A DNA stretch of 32,000 bases from Erysipelotrichaceae bacterium OH741_COT-311 (GTDB lineage: Bacteria > Bacillota_I > Bacilli_A > Erysipelotrichales > Erysipelotrichaceae), in NCBI GenBank assembly GCA_003858585.1, contig RQZE01000002.1:140227-172226 (forward strand), written 5' to 3'. Shown piece after piece: positions 1 to 7,795 of this stretch (position 1 is the stretch's first letter; every line of letters starts with the position of its first letter). The notes beneath the pieces are model-generated. The model was not told the DNA's origin. It did no database searches and saw only the letters and a list, made by a program, of their open reading frames with translations. Position numbers and translations under genes: made by a program.

Positions 1-337
1 GTTGTTTCTCTTTTTTACGATAGAAAGGCAAGTGTCCTAAACGGTTTAAACATCCAGATAACACCACTTCATAAACACTAGCCGGAAAGTCTTTTTGATT
101 TAAACTTTGTTGTGGTAAGTATCCAATTTGATTACGTTTAATATGATTGCCTAAGGTATAACTACCACTTACGGGTTTCTTTAAATTGAGGATGCCTTTA
201 ATTAATGTGCTTTTCCCGGCACCATTTTCTCCGACAATGCAAACATAGTCGCCATCTTCAATTGAAAAATTTAAATCTTTAACAGCAATATGTCCATCGT
301 ATGCATATGCTAGGTTTTCACATCTAATTAAACTCAT
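1..337 (-). CDS. znuC: Metal (zinc-type) ABC transporter ATP-binding protein, N-terminal part only; the gene runs off the left edge of the window
   Basis: My reverse-complement translation from the ATG at 337 gives MSLIRCENLAYAYDGHIAVKDLNFSIEDGDYVCIVGENGAGKSTLIKGIL...IGYLPQQ... This contains Walker A (GENGAGKST) and the IGYxPQ stretch I associate with ZnuC/AdcC-type ATPases. A GGAGAA SD lies 5 nt upstream. It sits directly downstream of the metal-binding lipoprotein gene on the same strand. Confidence 0.8.
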   Translation of the reverse strand, partial: MSLIRCENLAYAYDGHIAVKDLNFSIEDGDYVCIVGENGAGKSTLIKGILNLKKPVSGSYTLGNHIKRNQIGYLPQQSLNQKDFPASVYEVVLSGCLNRLGHLPFYRKKEKQ

Positions 338-351
338 AGATTCTCCTTTAA

Positions 352-1476
352 CTAATTCAATGCTTTTTTTAATACTTCAACGTTTTGTTTCATAATATCA
401 ACATAAGTAATACCTTGTTCAAATTCATCAGGTGTTACATTATGTGCTGAATTTAACACTAATTTCTTTGTATTTGTTGCTTCAACGATAGAGTCTGCGA
501 TTTTTTCGTTTGAAAGTTCAATTGTAAATACAACTGGAACTTGAAGCTCTTGTACTTTATCAATTAAGAAAGAAACAGTTGCTGCACTTGCTTCGGAGTC
601 GTTTGAACATCCTGAAAAGGCTGCATAGTATTCTAGTCCATATTCATCTGCAAAATATCGAAATGGGAAACGATCTCCAAAGATTACTGTTTTTGATTTG
701 CTGTTTTTCACGACATCTTTAATTTGTGTATCTACAGCTTTTAACTCTTCTAAGTAGTTTTTACTGTTTTCTAAATAAAAGTCTTTATTTTTTTCATCAA
801 GTTCTACTAATTCCTCTGTAATCGATTCAACAATTGTCATCGCATTGACAACACTAGTCCAAACGTGTTCATCGATTTCACCTGTTAATTCAACCACATT
901 ACTTTTTGTAGGTGCATCCTGTTTTTTATCGTGATTATGATCGTGGTCACCATGTTCATGCTCATCATGACTGTGATTGTGTTCGTCATGTTCATGCTCA
1001 TCATGACTGTGATTGTGATCATCGTGACTGTGATCATCTTCTTTGTGTCCATGATCGTGGTCACCATGTCCATGGTCATGGTCGTGGTCATGTTGCATAC
1101 CTTCTACTAATTCTTCTTCTACAACATGCACCACATCAATTAATTTTAAAGTATGTGGTTGTTTCTCTAATCCTTCAAAGATGCTTTCAATCCAAACGTC
1201 ATTTTCACCACCTGTATAGATAAATAAGTCTGCTTCTTGAATAGTTTTAATGTCTTGTGGAGTTGGTTCGTAGGTATGACTTTCAGCTCCCGGTTTTAAT
1301 AACATAATGACATTTGCTTTGTCTTTGACAATTTGTCTTGTAAAGTCGTATTGAGGGAAGATGGTTGTTACAATTGTAATTTTATCTTCATCTACATTGT
1401 TTGCTTGCTTTGGTGTACGACTACAGCCTTGTAAAACAAGAAATCCGGTTATAAGTAATGCTAGTAATTTTTTCAT
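352..1476 (-). CDS. znuA: Zinc ABC transporter substrate-binding lipoprotein (ZnuA/AdcA cluster-9 family) with a long His/Asp/Glu-rich loop
   Basis: Lipoprotein signal peptide MKKLLALLITGFLVLQGC (lipobox LQGC). Overall ZnuA/TroA-like sequence, with a ~55-aa HDHDHDHGHGDHDHGHKEDDHSHDDHNHSHDEHEH... loop typical of zinc-specific members. I prefer the ATG at 1476 (AGGAGG, 7-nt spacer) over the ORF-track start at 1497. Confidence 0.85.
   Translation of the reverse strand: MKKLLALLITGFLVLQGCSRTPKQANNVDEDKITIVTTIFPQYDFTRQIVKDKANVIMLLKPGAESHTYEPTPQDIKTIQEADLFIYTGGENDVWIESIFEGLEKQPHTLKLIDVVHVVEEELVEGMQHDHDHDHGHGDHDHGHKEDDHSHDDHNHSHDEHEHDEHNHSHDEHEHGDHDHNHDKKQDAPTKSNVVELTGEIDEHVWTSVVNAMTIVESITEELVELDEKNKDFYLENSKNYLEELKAVDTQIKDVVKNSKSKTVIFGDRFPFRYFADEYGLEYYAAFSGCSNDSEASAATVSFLIDKVQELQVPVVFTIELSNEKIADSIVEATNTKKLVLNSAHNVTPDEFEQGITYVDIMKQNVEVLKKALN
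951..1022. repeat. In-frame 36-bp tandem duplication inside the His-rich loop coding region of znuA
   Basis: The 31-nt string catgttcatgctcatcatgactgtgattgtg occurs exactly at 951-981 and again at 987-1017 (period 36). On the coding strand it encodes the duplicated peptide HNHSHDEHEH(DE/GD). Confidence 0.9.
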
Positions 1477-1487
1477 TTCTTTTCCTC

Positions 1488-1886
1488 CTATCTGCATGCT
1501 TTGCAGAGTCCATATAATACTGTTTTCATTGTGTTTAAACGAAATCCGTGATTGGCATCAAGATGCTTTGCAACCTTTTCTAATGAATGGCAATGAATAT
1601 GAAATAAAGTGCCACATTGTTCACACTTGAAGTGATAGCAAAGATGGCAGTGGTTATGACTTCCAACATATTCAAAATATGCTCCTTTTCCATCCAATTG
1701 GTATTTGCTAACCAGTCCTTCTTCAACTAGCTTTTCTAGATGACGGTAGATGGTTGTCTGGCCAATCGTAATTTCTTTATTTTGGAAATATTTTTGAATA
1801 TCCATAACTGTAATGTGACTTCCTTTTGTATCACTTAAGTAGGAAATAAGCAATTCTTTTTGCTTGGTTTTGTATGGTGCTTTCAT
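1488..1886 (-). CDS. zur: Fur-family metalloregulator, probably the zinc uptake regulator Zur
   Basis: 132 aa. N-terminal winged-helix region (TIYRHLEKLVEEGLV), His/Cys-rich metal site (HNHCHLCYH) and two CxxC pairs (CEQCG, CKAC) typical of the Fur family. It is the first gene of the operon with znuA and znuC. A Fur-type 7-1-7 box lies in its own promoter. AGGAGG SD is present. Confidence 0.75.
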   Translation of the reverse strand: MKAPYKTKQKELLISYLSDTKGSHITVMDIQKYFQNKEITIGQTTIYRHLEKLVEEGLVSKYQLDGKGAYFEYVGSHNHCHLCYHFKCEQCGTLFHIHCHSLEKVAKHLDANHGFRLNTMKTVLYGLCKACR

Positions 1887-1901
1887 AATACCTCCTTAAT
1901 A

Positions 1902-1916
1902 TGAAAATCATTTTCA
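1902..1916 (-). promoter_or_regulatory. Perfect 7-1-7 inverted repeat TGAAAATcATTTTCA, a Fur-family (putative Zur) operator
   Basis: Read directly from the sequence. It has the same architecture as the Bacillus Fur/PerR/Zur 7-1-7 boxes (Fur TGATAATnATTATCA). It lies between the -10 hexamer and the SD of zur. Confidence 0.6.
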
Positions 1917-1917
1917 A

Positions 1918-1946
1918 ATTATAGCACTTCATATTTTTTATGTCAA
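1918..1946 (-). promoter_or_regulatory. Sigma-A type promoter of the zur-znuA-znuC operon
   Basis: On the minus strand: TTGACA (1946-1941), a 17-nt spacer, then TATAAT (1923-1918). Both hexamers are consensus. Confidence 0.7.
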
Positions 1947-1968
1947 CGAAGAAAACTTCGTAAACATA

Positions 1969-1996
1969 TTGTATTCATGAAATAGTATGATAAACT
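1969..1996 (+). promoter_or_regulatory. Candidate promoter for the MATE gene
   Basis: TTGTAT (1969-1974), a 16-nt spacer, then TGaTAAACT (extended -10; -10 at 1991-1996). Weaker match, no other support. Confidence 0.35.
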
Positions 1997-2018
1997 AATA
2001 AGGCAAAATAGAGGATAA

Positions 2019-3401
2019 ATGAAAGTGAAGTTAAAGAAATTTATAGGGGATAAAACATTTTACATAACCGTGTTGACAGTTGCGATACCTTTGATGCTTC
2101 AACAATTGATTATCAGTTCTGTTAATTTAATTGATAACTTAATGGTAGGACAACTCGGTGATTATGCGATTGGGGCAGTAGGTACGGTTAATCGCGTATA
2201 TATTATTATTTTATACGGGATTAATGGTTTAGTAGCAGCTTGTTCTATTTATATAGCTCAATATTTTGGAGCAAAGAATAAAGGGAAGATGCAGGAATCT
2301 TTTTTGATTTCTCTTCTAATATCATTTTTGTTGGTAGTTTGTTTCACCATAGTTGCCCTTGTATATCCAAAAGAAATTGTGATGTATTTTACAAAAGATG
2401 AACAAATTCTTACTTATGGTGCACAGTATCTTAAAATTGTTATTTTTAGTTTTTTACCTAATGTTTTTTCCTTATGCATTGCCAGCGCGATACGTTCGAT
2501 AGGGAAGACAAAAGCACCATTAATCATTAGTATTATAGCGGTGATTGTGAATACAATCTTGAATTATATATTAATTTTTGGTCATTTCGGTTTCCCTTCT
2601 TTAGGGGTTAAGGGAGCAGCGTTAGCAACTGTTATAGCACGCTTTTTAGAGTTAATCATGTATGTTGTTGTGGTTAATCAAGAAGAATTTCCTAGAGTAT
2701 TTCATTTTGTGAAGATTACCAAAGAATTATTGACTAAAATATTATTGAAAGCAATACCGCTTTTCTTAAATGAAATTATTTGGACTTTTGGTATAGCGAC
2801 CTTATTTAAATTCTATTCTACAAGAGGTTCTTGGGCAACCAGTGGATATTCTATTGCTTTAACCATAGCGGATATTTTCTTTATTTTATTTAGTGGAATG
2901 GCAATCGCAACTACAGTGCTGGTATCTCAAAAATTAGGAGCCAATCATCTTGAACAAGCAAAAGAAAATGCATATAAATTAGTTGGTTTTGGAATCTTTT
3001 TAGCCCTTGTTTTTGGAATAGGGATGTTTGCTTCTTCTTATATATTGCCTTATATTTATAATGTAACGGAAGAAACGATGTCAGTAGCTGTTTCAATCGT
3101 ACGTATTATGGGATGTTTTTATTGGATTTATATGGCTACCGCACAGTTTTATTTTATTTTACGTGCAGGTGGTGATATGAAAAGTGCATTATTGATGGAC
3201 AGCGGATTTATGTGGTTATTCAATATTCCATTAATCTATATGATTGCATATTATACAAATATCAATATAATTTTAATGTATGTTATGAGTCAAATGACAG
3301 ATGTTATTAAGTTGCTATATAGTTATTTTTTAGTGAAAAAAGAAAAATGGTTAGTGAATTTAACAGTAAATGATAAGGAGGATATTCTACATGGAAGCTA
3401 G
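2019..3401 (+). CDS. MATE family multidrug/toxic-compound efflux transporter
   Basis: 460 aa and about 12 hydrophobic segments. The N-terminal pattern (TVLTVAIPLMLQQLIISSVNLIDNLMVGQLG) and the internal repeat starting KAIPLFLNEIIW are characteristic of MatE-domain proteins. A GTG at 2025 is an alternative start. Confidence 0.85.
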   Translation: MKVKLKKFIGDKTFYITVLTVAIPLMLQQLIISSVNLIDNLMVGQLGDYAIGAVGTVNRVYIIILYGINGLVAACSIYIAQYFGAKNKGKMQESFLISLLISFLLVVCFTIVALVYPKEIVMYFTKDEQILTYGAQYLKIVIFSFLPNVFSLCIASAIRSIGKTKAPLIISIIAVIVNTILNYILIFGHFGFPSLGVKGAALATVIARFLELIMYVVVVNQEEFPRVFHFVKITKELLTKILLKAIPLFLNEIIWTFGIATLFKFYSTRGSWATSGYSIALTIADIFFILFSGMAIATTVLVSQKLGANHLEQAKENAYKLVGFGIFLALVFGIGMFASSYILPYIYNVTEETMSVAVSIVRIMGCFYWIYMATAQFYFILRAGGDMKSALLMDSGFMWLFNIPLIYMIAYYTNINIILMYVMSQMTDVIKLLYSYFLVKKEKWLVNLTVNDKEDILHGS

Positions 3402-5493
3402 CATGAAGGCATATTTAGATGATTTTAATAAATTAAATGTTGTAATTTCGCATCGTTTTTACAATGGAAAAACCAATGGGTTTTATTTAAAGCGTAGTGA
3501 CGGTTTAGTAATGGAATGCCAAATAAAGAGCATTCTAGAACAAAATGGTTATACGCAATATGAAGTGGTATTTGAAGGGGAATATGATTTCAGTAAGCGA
3601 TATACCGTATATGAATCTCATTGTCATCAAGCGACAGTGGAAGTGCGTTATCTTGTTCATACAAAGCGTTTTGAAGAATTGTTTTATTACGACGGTAAAG
3701 ATTTAGGAAGTCATTATACAAAAGAAGCGACATCTTTTGCTTTATGGGCACCAACGGCAATTTATGCTGCAGTGCATATCAATGATGAAATTTATACGAT
3801 GGAAAAAACAGAAAAGGGTGTTTTTCGTGCAACGGTATATAAAGATTTAGATGGTGCCAAATATCGTTACTATGTTGATGTAAATGGTCATATCGTTGAG
3901 ACAACCGATCCTTATGCAATTAGTGGTTTTGCAAATGGAAAGGCAAGTGCAGTTATTAATCCTGAAAAATTGGTGAAGAAACAATCGTATACACTTGAAC
4001 CAATGAATAGTTATACGGATGCGATTATTTATGAATTAAGTGTGCGTGATTTTACAAGTGATATTACGGCTTGTACATCAAGTCATTCTTTGTTTAAGTC
4101 GATGTTAGAAGAAGGTACAACATTTAAAGGATTACCAACCGCATTTGATTATTTGAAGAGTTTAAATGTTACTCATGTGCAATTACTTCCGGTTACTGAC
4201 TTTGCGACGGTAGATGAGGAAAATCCAAGGCGTGCATATAACTGGGGATATGATCCATTACAATGGGGTGTCTTAGAAGGTAGTTATAGTAGTAATCCAA
4301 ATGATCCATATAGTCGAGTGAATGAGTTCATAGAGTTAGTAAATACACTTCATGTTCATGGGATGCGCGTAAATTTAGATGTGGTGTTTAACCATCACTA
4401 TGATTTGAGTATGTCAAACTTAAATTTAATTGTTCCTTATTATTTCTTTCGTTATAGTGATCAAAAGTATTTATCAAATGGATCATTCTGTGGAAATGAT
4501 ACAGAATCTCGTCGTTTAATGATGCGTAAGTTTATGTTGGATACCATTGAAAAATTTATTACATTATATGATATTGATGGTCTACGTTTTGATTTGATGG
4601 GTATTCATGATATTGTAACGATGAATGAGATTTATAAATTAGCATCAAGTTATAAGTGCGATTTTATGGTTTATGGAGAAGGCTGGAATATGCCAACTGC
4701 GATGAGTGATGATGAAAAAGCTACGTTATATAACAATTATCAAATGCCACACATCGCTTTCTTTAATGATTTCTTCCGTGATGTTGTAAAGGGAAAGACG
4801 TCTGTAGAAGAATCTTATGCCAAGGGCTATATTACAGGGAATCTGAATTTAATGTTTGAATATAAATCGGCGCTATTAGGGAATAGTATTGATGGTTATC
4901 ATAAAATTTATTTAAGTCCAACACAGTCAATTAATTATGTTGAGTGCCATGATAATGCGACAAGTTGGGATAAGATTGATGATTGTTGTAAAGAAGATGT
5001 TAATCAAATTCGTATTTTAAAACATAAGTTATTGCTTGCAACAACAATGATTGCCCAAGGAGTACCGTTTATTCATAGTGGGCAAGAGTTCGCTCGTACA
5101 AAACTTGGAATGCATAATACGTATAATACAATGGATGATATTAATAAGTTGGATTATAATCGTTTGAATCGTTATCAAATGATTTATGATTACTTTAGAG
5201 ATTTAGTTACTTTACGTAGAAGACATAAGTGTTTCCGTTTAAGTAATACGGAGGATATTTTTAAGTATGTTGAATTTGAGTCATATGATGATTTATTAGT
5301 TTATAGCATCATGGAAGAGGATCATACTATAGTATGTTTTATTAATCCGACATCTAGTGAAATTACATATGCAAAACAAGGTACACTTATCTTTAATGAG
5401 CATGGGTTAGTGAATGATAAAGCTGTTGATCATGTAGATATTAAACCGTATTCCATTTCGATATTAAAATGTAAACATGAAGCAGTATCTTAA
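3391..5493 (+). CDS. pulA: Type I pullulanase / alpha-1,6-glucan debranching enzyme (GH13), cytoplasmic (no signal peptide)
   Basis: GH13 pullulanase motifs YNWGYDP, VNLDVVFNHH, DGLRFDLMG, YGEGWN and YVECHDN, plus the CBM48-like FALWAPTA. At 700 aa it resembles AmyX-type enzymes. I prefer the ATG at 3391 (AAGGAGGA, 8-nt spacer) over the ORF-track start at 3370. Confidence 0.85.
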   Translation: MEASMKAYLDDFNKLNVVISHRFYNGKTNGFYLKRSDGLVMECQIKSILEQNGYTQYEVVFEGEYDFSKRYTVYESHCHQATVEVRYLVHTKRFEELFYYDGKDLGSHYTKEATSFALWAPTAIYAAVHINDEIYTMEKTEKGVFRATVYKDLDGAKYRYYVDVNGHIVETTDPYAISGFANGKASAVINPEKLVKKQSYTLEPMNSYTDAIIYELSVRDFTSDITACTSSHSLFKSMLEEGTTFKGLPTAFDYLKSLNVTHVQLLPVTDFATVDEENPRRAYNWGYDPLQWGVLEGSYSSNPNDPYSRVNEFIELVNTLHVHGMRVNLDVVFNHHYDLSMSNLNLIVPYYFFRYSDQKYLSNGSFCGNDTESRRLMMRKFMLDTIEKFITLYDIDGLRFDLMGIHDIVTMNEIYKLASSYKCDFMVYGEGWNMPTAMSDDEKATLYNNYQMPHIAFFNDFFRDVVKGKTSVEESYAKGYITGNLNLMFEYKSALLGNSIDGYHKIYLSPTQSINYVECHDNATSWDKIDDCCKEDVNQIRILKHKLLLATTMIAQGVPFIHSGQEFARTKLGMHNTYNTMDDINKLDYNRLNRYQMIYDYFRDLVTLRRRHKCFRLSNTEDIFKYVEFESYDDLLVYSIMEEDHTIVCFINPTSSEITYAKQGTLIFNEHGLVNDKAVDHVDIKPYSISILKCKHEAVS

Positions 5494-5496
5494 ATA

Positions 5497-5527
5497 AAAA
5501 AAGCGAATGGATGATTCGCTTTTAATT
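5497..5527. terminator. Bidirectional intrinsic terminator between convergent genes
   Basis: Hairpin AAGCGAAT-ggatg-ATTCGCTT (5501-5521), flanked by an A-run upstream and TTTTAATTTT downstream, so there is a U-tract on both strands. Confidence 0.6.
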
Positions 5528-5959
5528 TTGTCTTTGCAGAGGAATTAATGTGGTTTTTATCTCTTCATCATAGGTACTTGTACGATACATATTCGTATCA
5601 TCATCAAAGGTATCAATAACAATCTCTTGATCTCCTTGATATTTATTTAGTAATTGTTCAAAATACGTTGAAATTTCATGTTGAGGATTCAGTCCTAATA
5701 GTTGAAAAATAACGATGACTTTTTCTTGGATAGCAAAGTCATAGAAGATGGTTTCTAAAGGTTCATGAAAGAATTGTGTCAATATATCTTCCTGTTGCAT
5801 TGAAAACATATAACGGATAAATGCATAGCACTCTTCTCTTGTGCTTCCTGAAATTACAATGCGTGATAAAGACATAATACTAGGATCTAGTTTGTTTAAT
5901 TCTTCTTCACTTAAGCGATAGTCAATCATTTCTTTTAAATTCATTTTTGCATGTAGCAT
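5522..5959 (-). CDS. Hypothetical small acidic cytoplasmic protein (145 aa), no family recognised
   Basis: Intact ORF with an AGGTGA SD 5 nt before the ATG at 5959 (the ORF-track start is the GTG at 5968). No signal peptide or TM segment. Rich in D/E/Q. I recognise no motif. Confidence 0.55.
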   Translation of the reverse strand: MLHAKMNLKEMIDYRLSEEELNKLDPSIMSLSRIVISGSTREECYAFIRYMFSMQQEDILTQFFHEPLETIFYDFAIQEKVIVIFQLLGLNPQHEISTYFEQLLNKYQGDQEIVIDTFDDDTNMYRTSTYDEEIKTTLIPLQRQN

Positions 5960-5989
5960 TTTAATCACCTAAATAATTATAACAAGTTA

Positions 5990-5998
5990 TGCTATAAT
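5990..5998 (+). promoter_or_regulatory. Extended -10 element (TGcTATAAT), candidate promoter of the first DUF885 gene
   Basis: TGCTATAAT read at 5990-5998, 18 nt upstream of the ATG at 6017. No good -35. Confidence 0.4.
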
Positions 5999-6016
5999 GT
6001 TCTAGTGAGGTGTAAA

Positions 6017-7762
6017 ATGAAAAAACTGTTTTTATTAATTTTAGTGTTACTTTTATCATTAACAGGTTGTCAAAAGCCAAATAAAGTGGTCGATGACAAC
6101 AAAGAGTTTGATGGATTTTTATACAGTGAATTTCAAGCATTATTAAATGATGATTTAATTAGTCAACATTACCAAGTATACAATCCTGAAACGTATCAGT
6201 TATTGCGTCCTGAGGTAGCATCTTTAGGAGAGGTTAGCTATGAAAGTTATCAAGAACAAGTAGAGAAAACAGATGCATTGATAGCTAAGTTTAAGGAATT
6301 TAAGTATGATTCTTTAAGTAGTCGTCAAAAGGTTGATTATGATGTTATCATGTGGAATTTGAATGCTACAAAAGAGTTAAATAAGTATCCGGATTTTGAT
6401 TTTGTTTTTAGTCCTATGAATGGATATCAAAGTAATATCATTACGAATTTTATGGAATTTCGTATTGAAAACAAGCAGGATATTGAAGATTATTTATGGT
6501 TGTTGAAAGATGTATCACGTCTTTTTAAAGATGGAATTGTTTTTACAAAACAACAAGCTGAAAAAGGATACTTCTTACAAGACTATACATTGGATGAAAC
6601 GATTGATTTAATTGATAAGTTTACAGATGCGAAAGATAATCAATTAATCGTATCGTTTAAAGATAAAGTAGCACTAGTAAATGATATAAGCGAAGAAGAG
6701 AAGAGTGCTTTTTTACAAGAAAATGAAGAGATTGTTTACAGTCAAATCATTCCTGTTTTTAAGGAAACAAAAGAAGCATTAAATGGCCTTCGTGGTTCAA
6801 GTAGTATTAAAGATCAAGGTTTAGCTGCTTATCCAAATGGGAAAGAATACTATGCAACCTTATTTAAATATAAAGCAAGTGATGATATCTCTGTGGATGA
6901 TGCGTTTAAAGCGTTGAATGATTATATTCTTTCTTGGTTACAACAATACATCGTTATTTTAAGTGGTGCAGAAGGCGCTGTTGATGAGGCAAGTAACTAT
7001 ACATTACCATATAAGGGTGTTGATGAAATCTTGGTATATTTAGAAGAACATTATCCTAAGATTGTGCATCCATTGCCTTCAATCGATTATAAAATTTCTT
7101 ATCTAGATCCTTCTATTACAAATCCAAGTATTAGTGCTTATTACTTACAAGCTCCAATTGATAATACAAGATTAAATGTAATTCGTGTCAATGGTGAAAA
7201 TTCTTCTAGTGATTTTGATTTGTTTGTAACATTGGCACACGAAGGGTTACCGGGACACTTATATCAAAATATGAACTTTATTCAAACAGAAGCAAATCCA
7301 TATCGTCTAAGTAATTCTTTTATTGGTTATAGTGAAGGCTGGGCGATGATTAGTGAGTTTTTCATGATTGAAACGTTAGACTTTGAATATCCGGAAACAG
7401 CGACAATTTTAAAGTCTGATATTGGCTTAAATTATGCAATTGGTGCATTGGTGGATATCATGGTGAATTATTACGGCTATGATGTAGCCCAAATCGAAGA
7501 ACATTTCTCAACTACCTTTGGATTTAATTTAGGCACTGAAGCCTTCCAAGCGATTCGTGAAGGAGTGATTTCAGATCCTGCAAGTATTATTCCTTATGGC
7601 TATGGTTTGATGAAAATGGATAATTATTATAATGAAGCCTTAAAGAAATATGGTGATAAGTTTTCAATTATAGAGTTTACAGAAGTGTTGATGAAAAATG
7701 GAGAACGTCCATTTGTCTTTGTAGATAAAGATATCGCTCAATATATGAAAGGAAAAAAATAA
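6017..7762 (+). CDS. DUF885-family lipoprotein (putative metallopeptidase-like), paralog 1
   Basis: Signal peptide MKKLFLLILVLLLSLTGC (lipobox LTGC). The motif LAHEGLPGHLYQ (7238-7258) followed by YSEGWAM matches the HExxPGH...EGWA signature I associate with DUF885 (PF05960). I prefer the ATG at 6017 over the GTG at 6005. Confidence 0.75.
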   Translation: MKKLFLLILVLLLSLTGCQKPNKVVDDNKEFDGFLYSEFQALLNDDLISQHYQVYNPETYQLLRPEVASLGEVSYESYQEQVEKTDALIAKFKEFKYDSLSSRQKVDYDVIMWNLNATKELNKYPDFDFVFSPMNGYQSNIITNFMEFRIENKQDIEDYLWLLKDVSRLFKDGIVFTKQQAEKGYFLQDYTLDETIDLIDKFTDAKDNQLIVSFKDKVALVNDISEEEKSAFLQENEEIVYSQIIPVFKETKEALNGLRGSSSIKDQGLAAYPNGKEYYATLFKYKASDDISVDDAFKALNDYILSWLQQYIVILSGAEGAVDEASNYTLPYKGVDEILVYLEEHYPKIVHPLPSIDYKISYLDPSITNPSISAYYLQAPIDNTRLNVIRVNGENSSSDFDLFVTLAHEGLPGHLYQNMNFIQTEANPYRLSNSFIGYSEGWAMISEFFMIETLDFEYPETATILKSDIGLNYAIGALVDIMVNYYGYDVAQIEEHFSTTFGFNLGTEAFQAIREGVISDPASIIPYGYGLMKMDNYYNEALKKYGDKFSIIEFTEVLMKNGERPFVFVDKDIAQYMKGKK

Positions 7763-7786
7763 CAAAGGAATTTTCCTTTGTTTTTT
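7763..7786 (+). terminator. Short AT-rich hairpin plus T6 between the two DUF885 genes (weak terminator or attenuator)
   Basis: CAAAGGAA/TTCCTTTG stem (7763-7780) with a minimal loop, followed by TTTTTT (7781-7786). It lies only 10 nt before the next ATG. Confidence 0.45.
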
Positions 7787-7795
7787 ATCATAACT

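Noticed and set aside
885-1223. ORFs 885-1091 (-) and 912-1223 (+) with odd low-complexity translations (MTTTMTMDMV..., HHVHAHHDCDC...)
   Set aside because: They are alternative-frame and antisense readings of the repetitive His/Asp codon tract of znuA. The znuA frame gives a coherent ZnuA-family protein, and these have no SD or independent support.
1477-1497. N-terminal extension MQIGGKE of the znuA ORF, which would overlap the end of zur
   Set aside because: The ATG at 1476 is preceded by AGGAGG at ideal spacing and yields a canonical lipoprotein signal peptide. The longer form puts extra residues before the MKK n-region.
1361-1630. 89-aa plus-strand ORF spanning the zur/znuA junction
   Set aside because: It is antisense to two well-supported genes, has no SD, and its hydrophobic low-complexity translation is typical of antisense AT-rich coding DNA.
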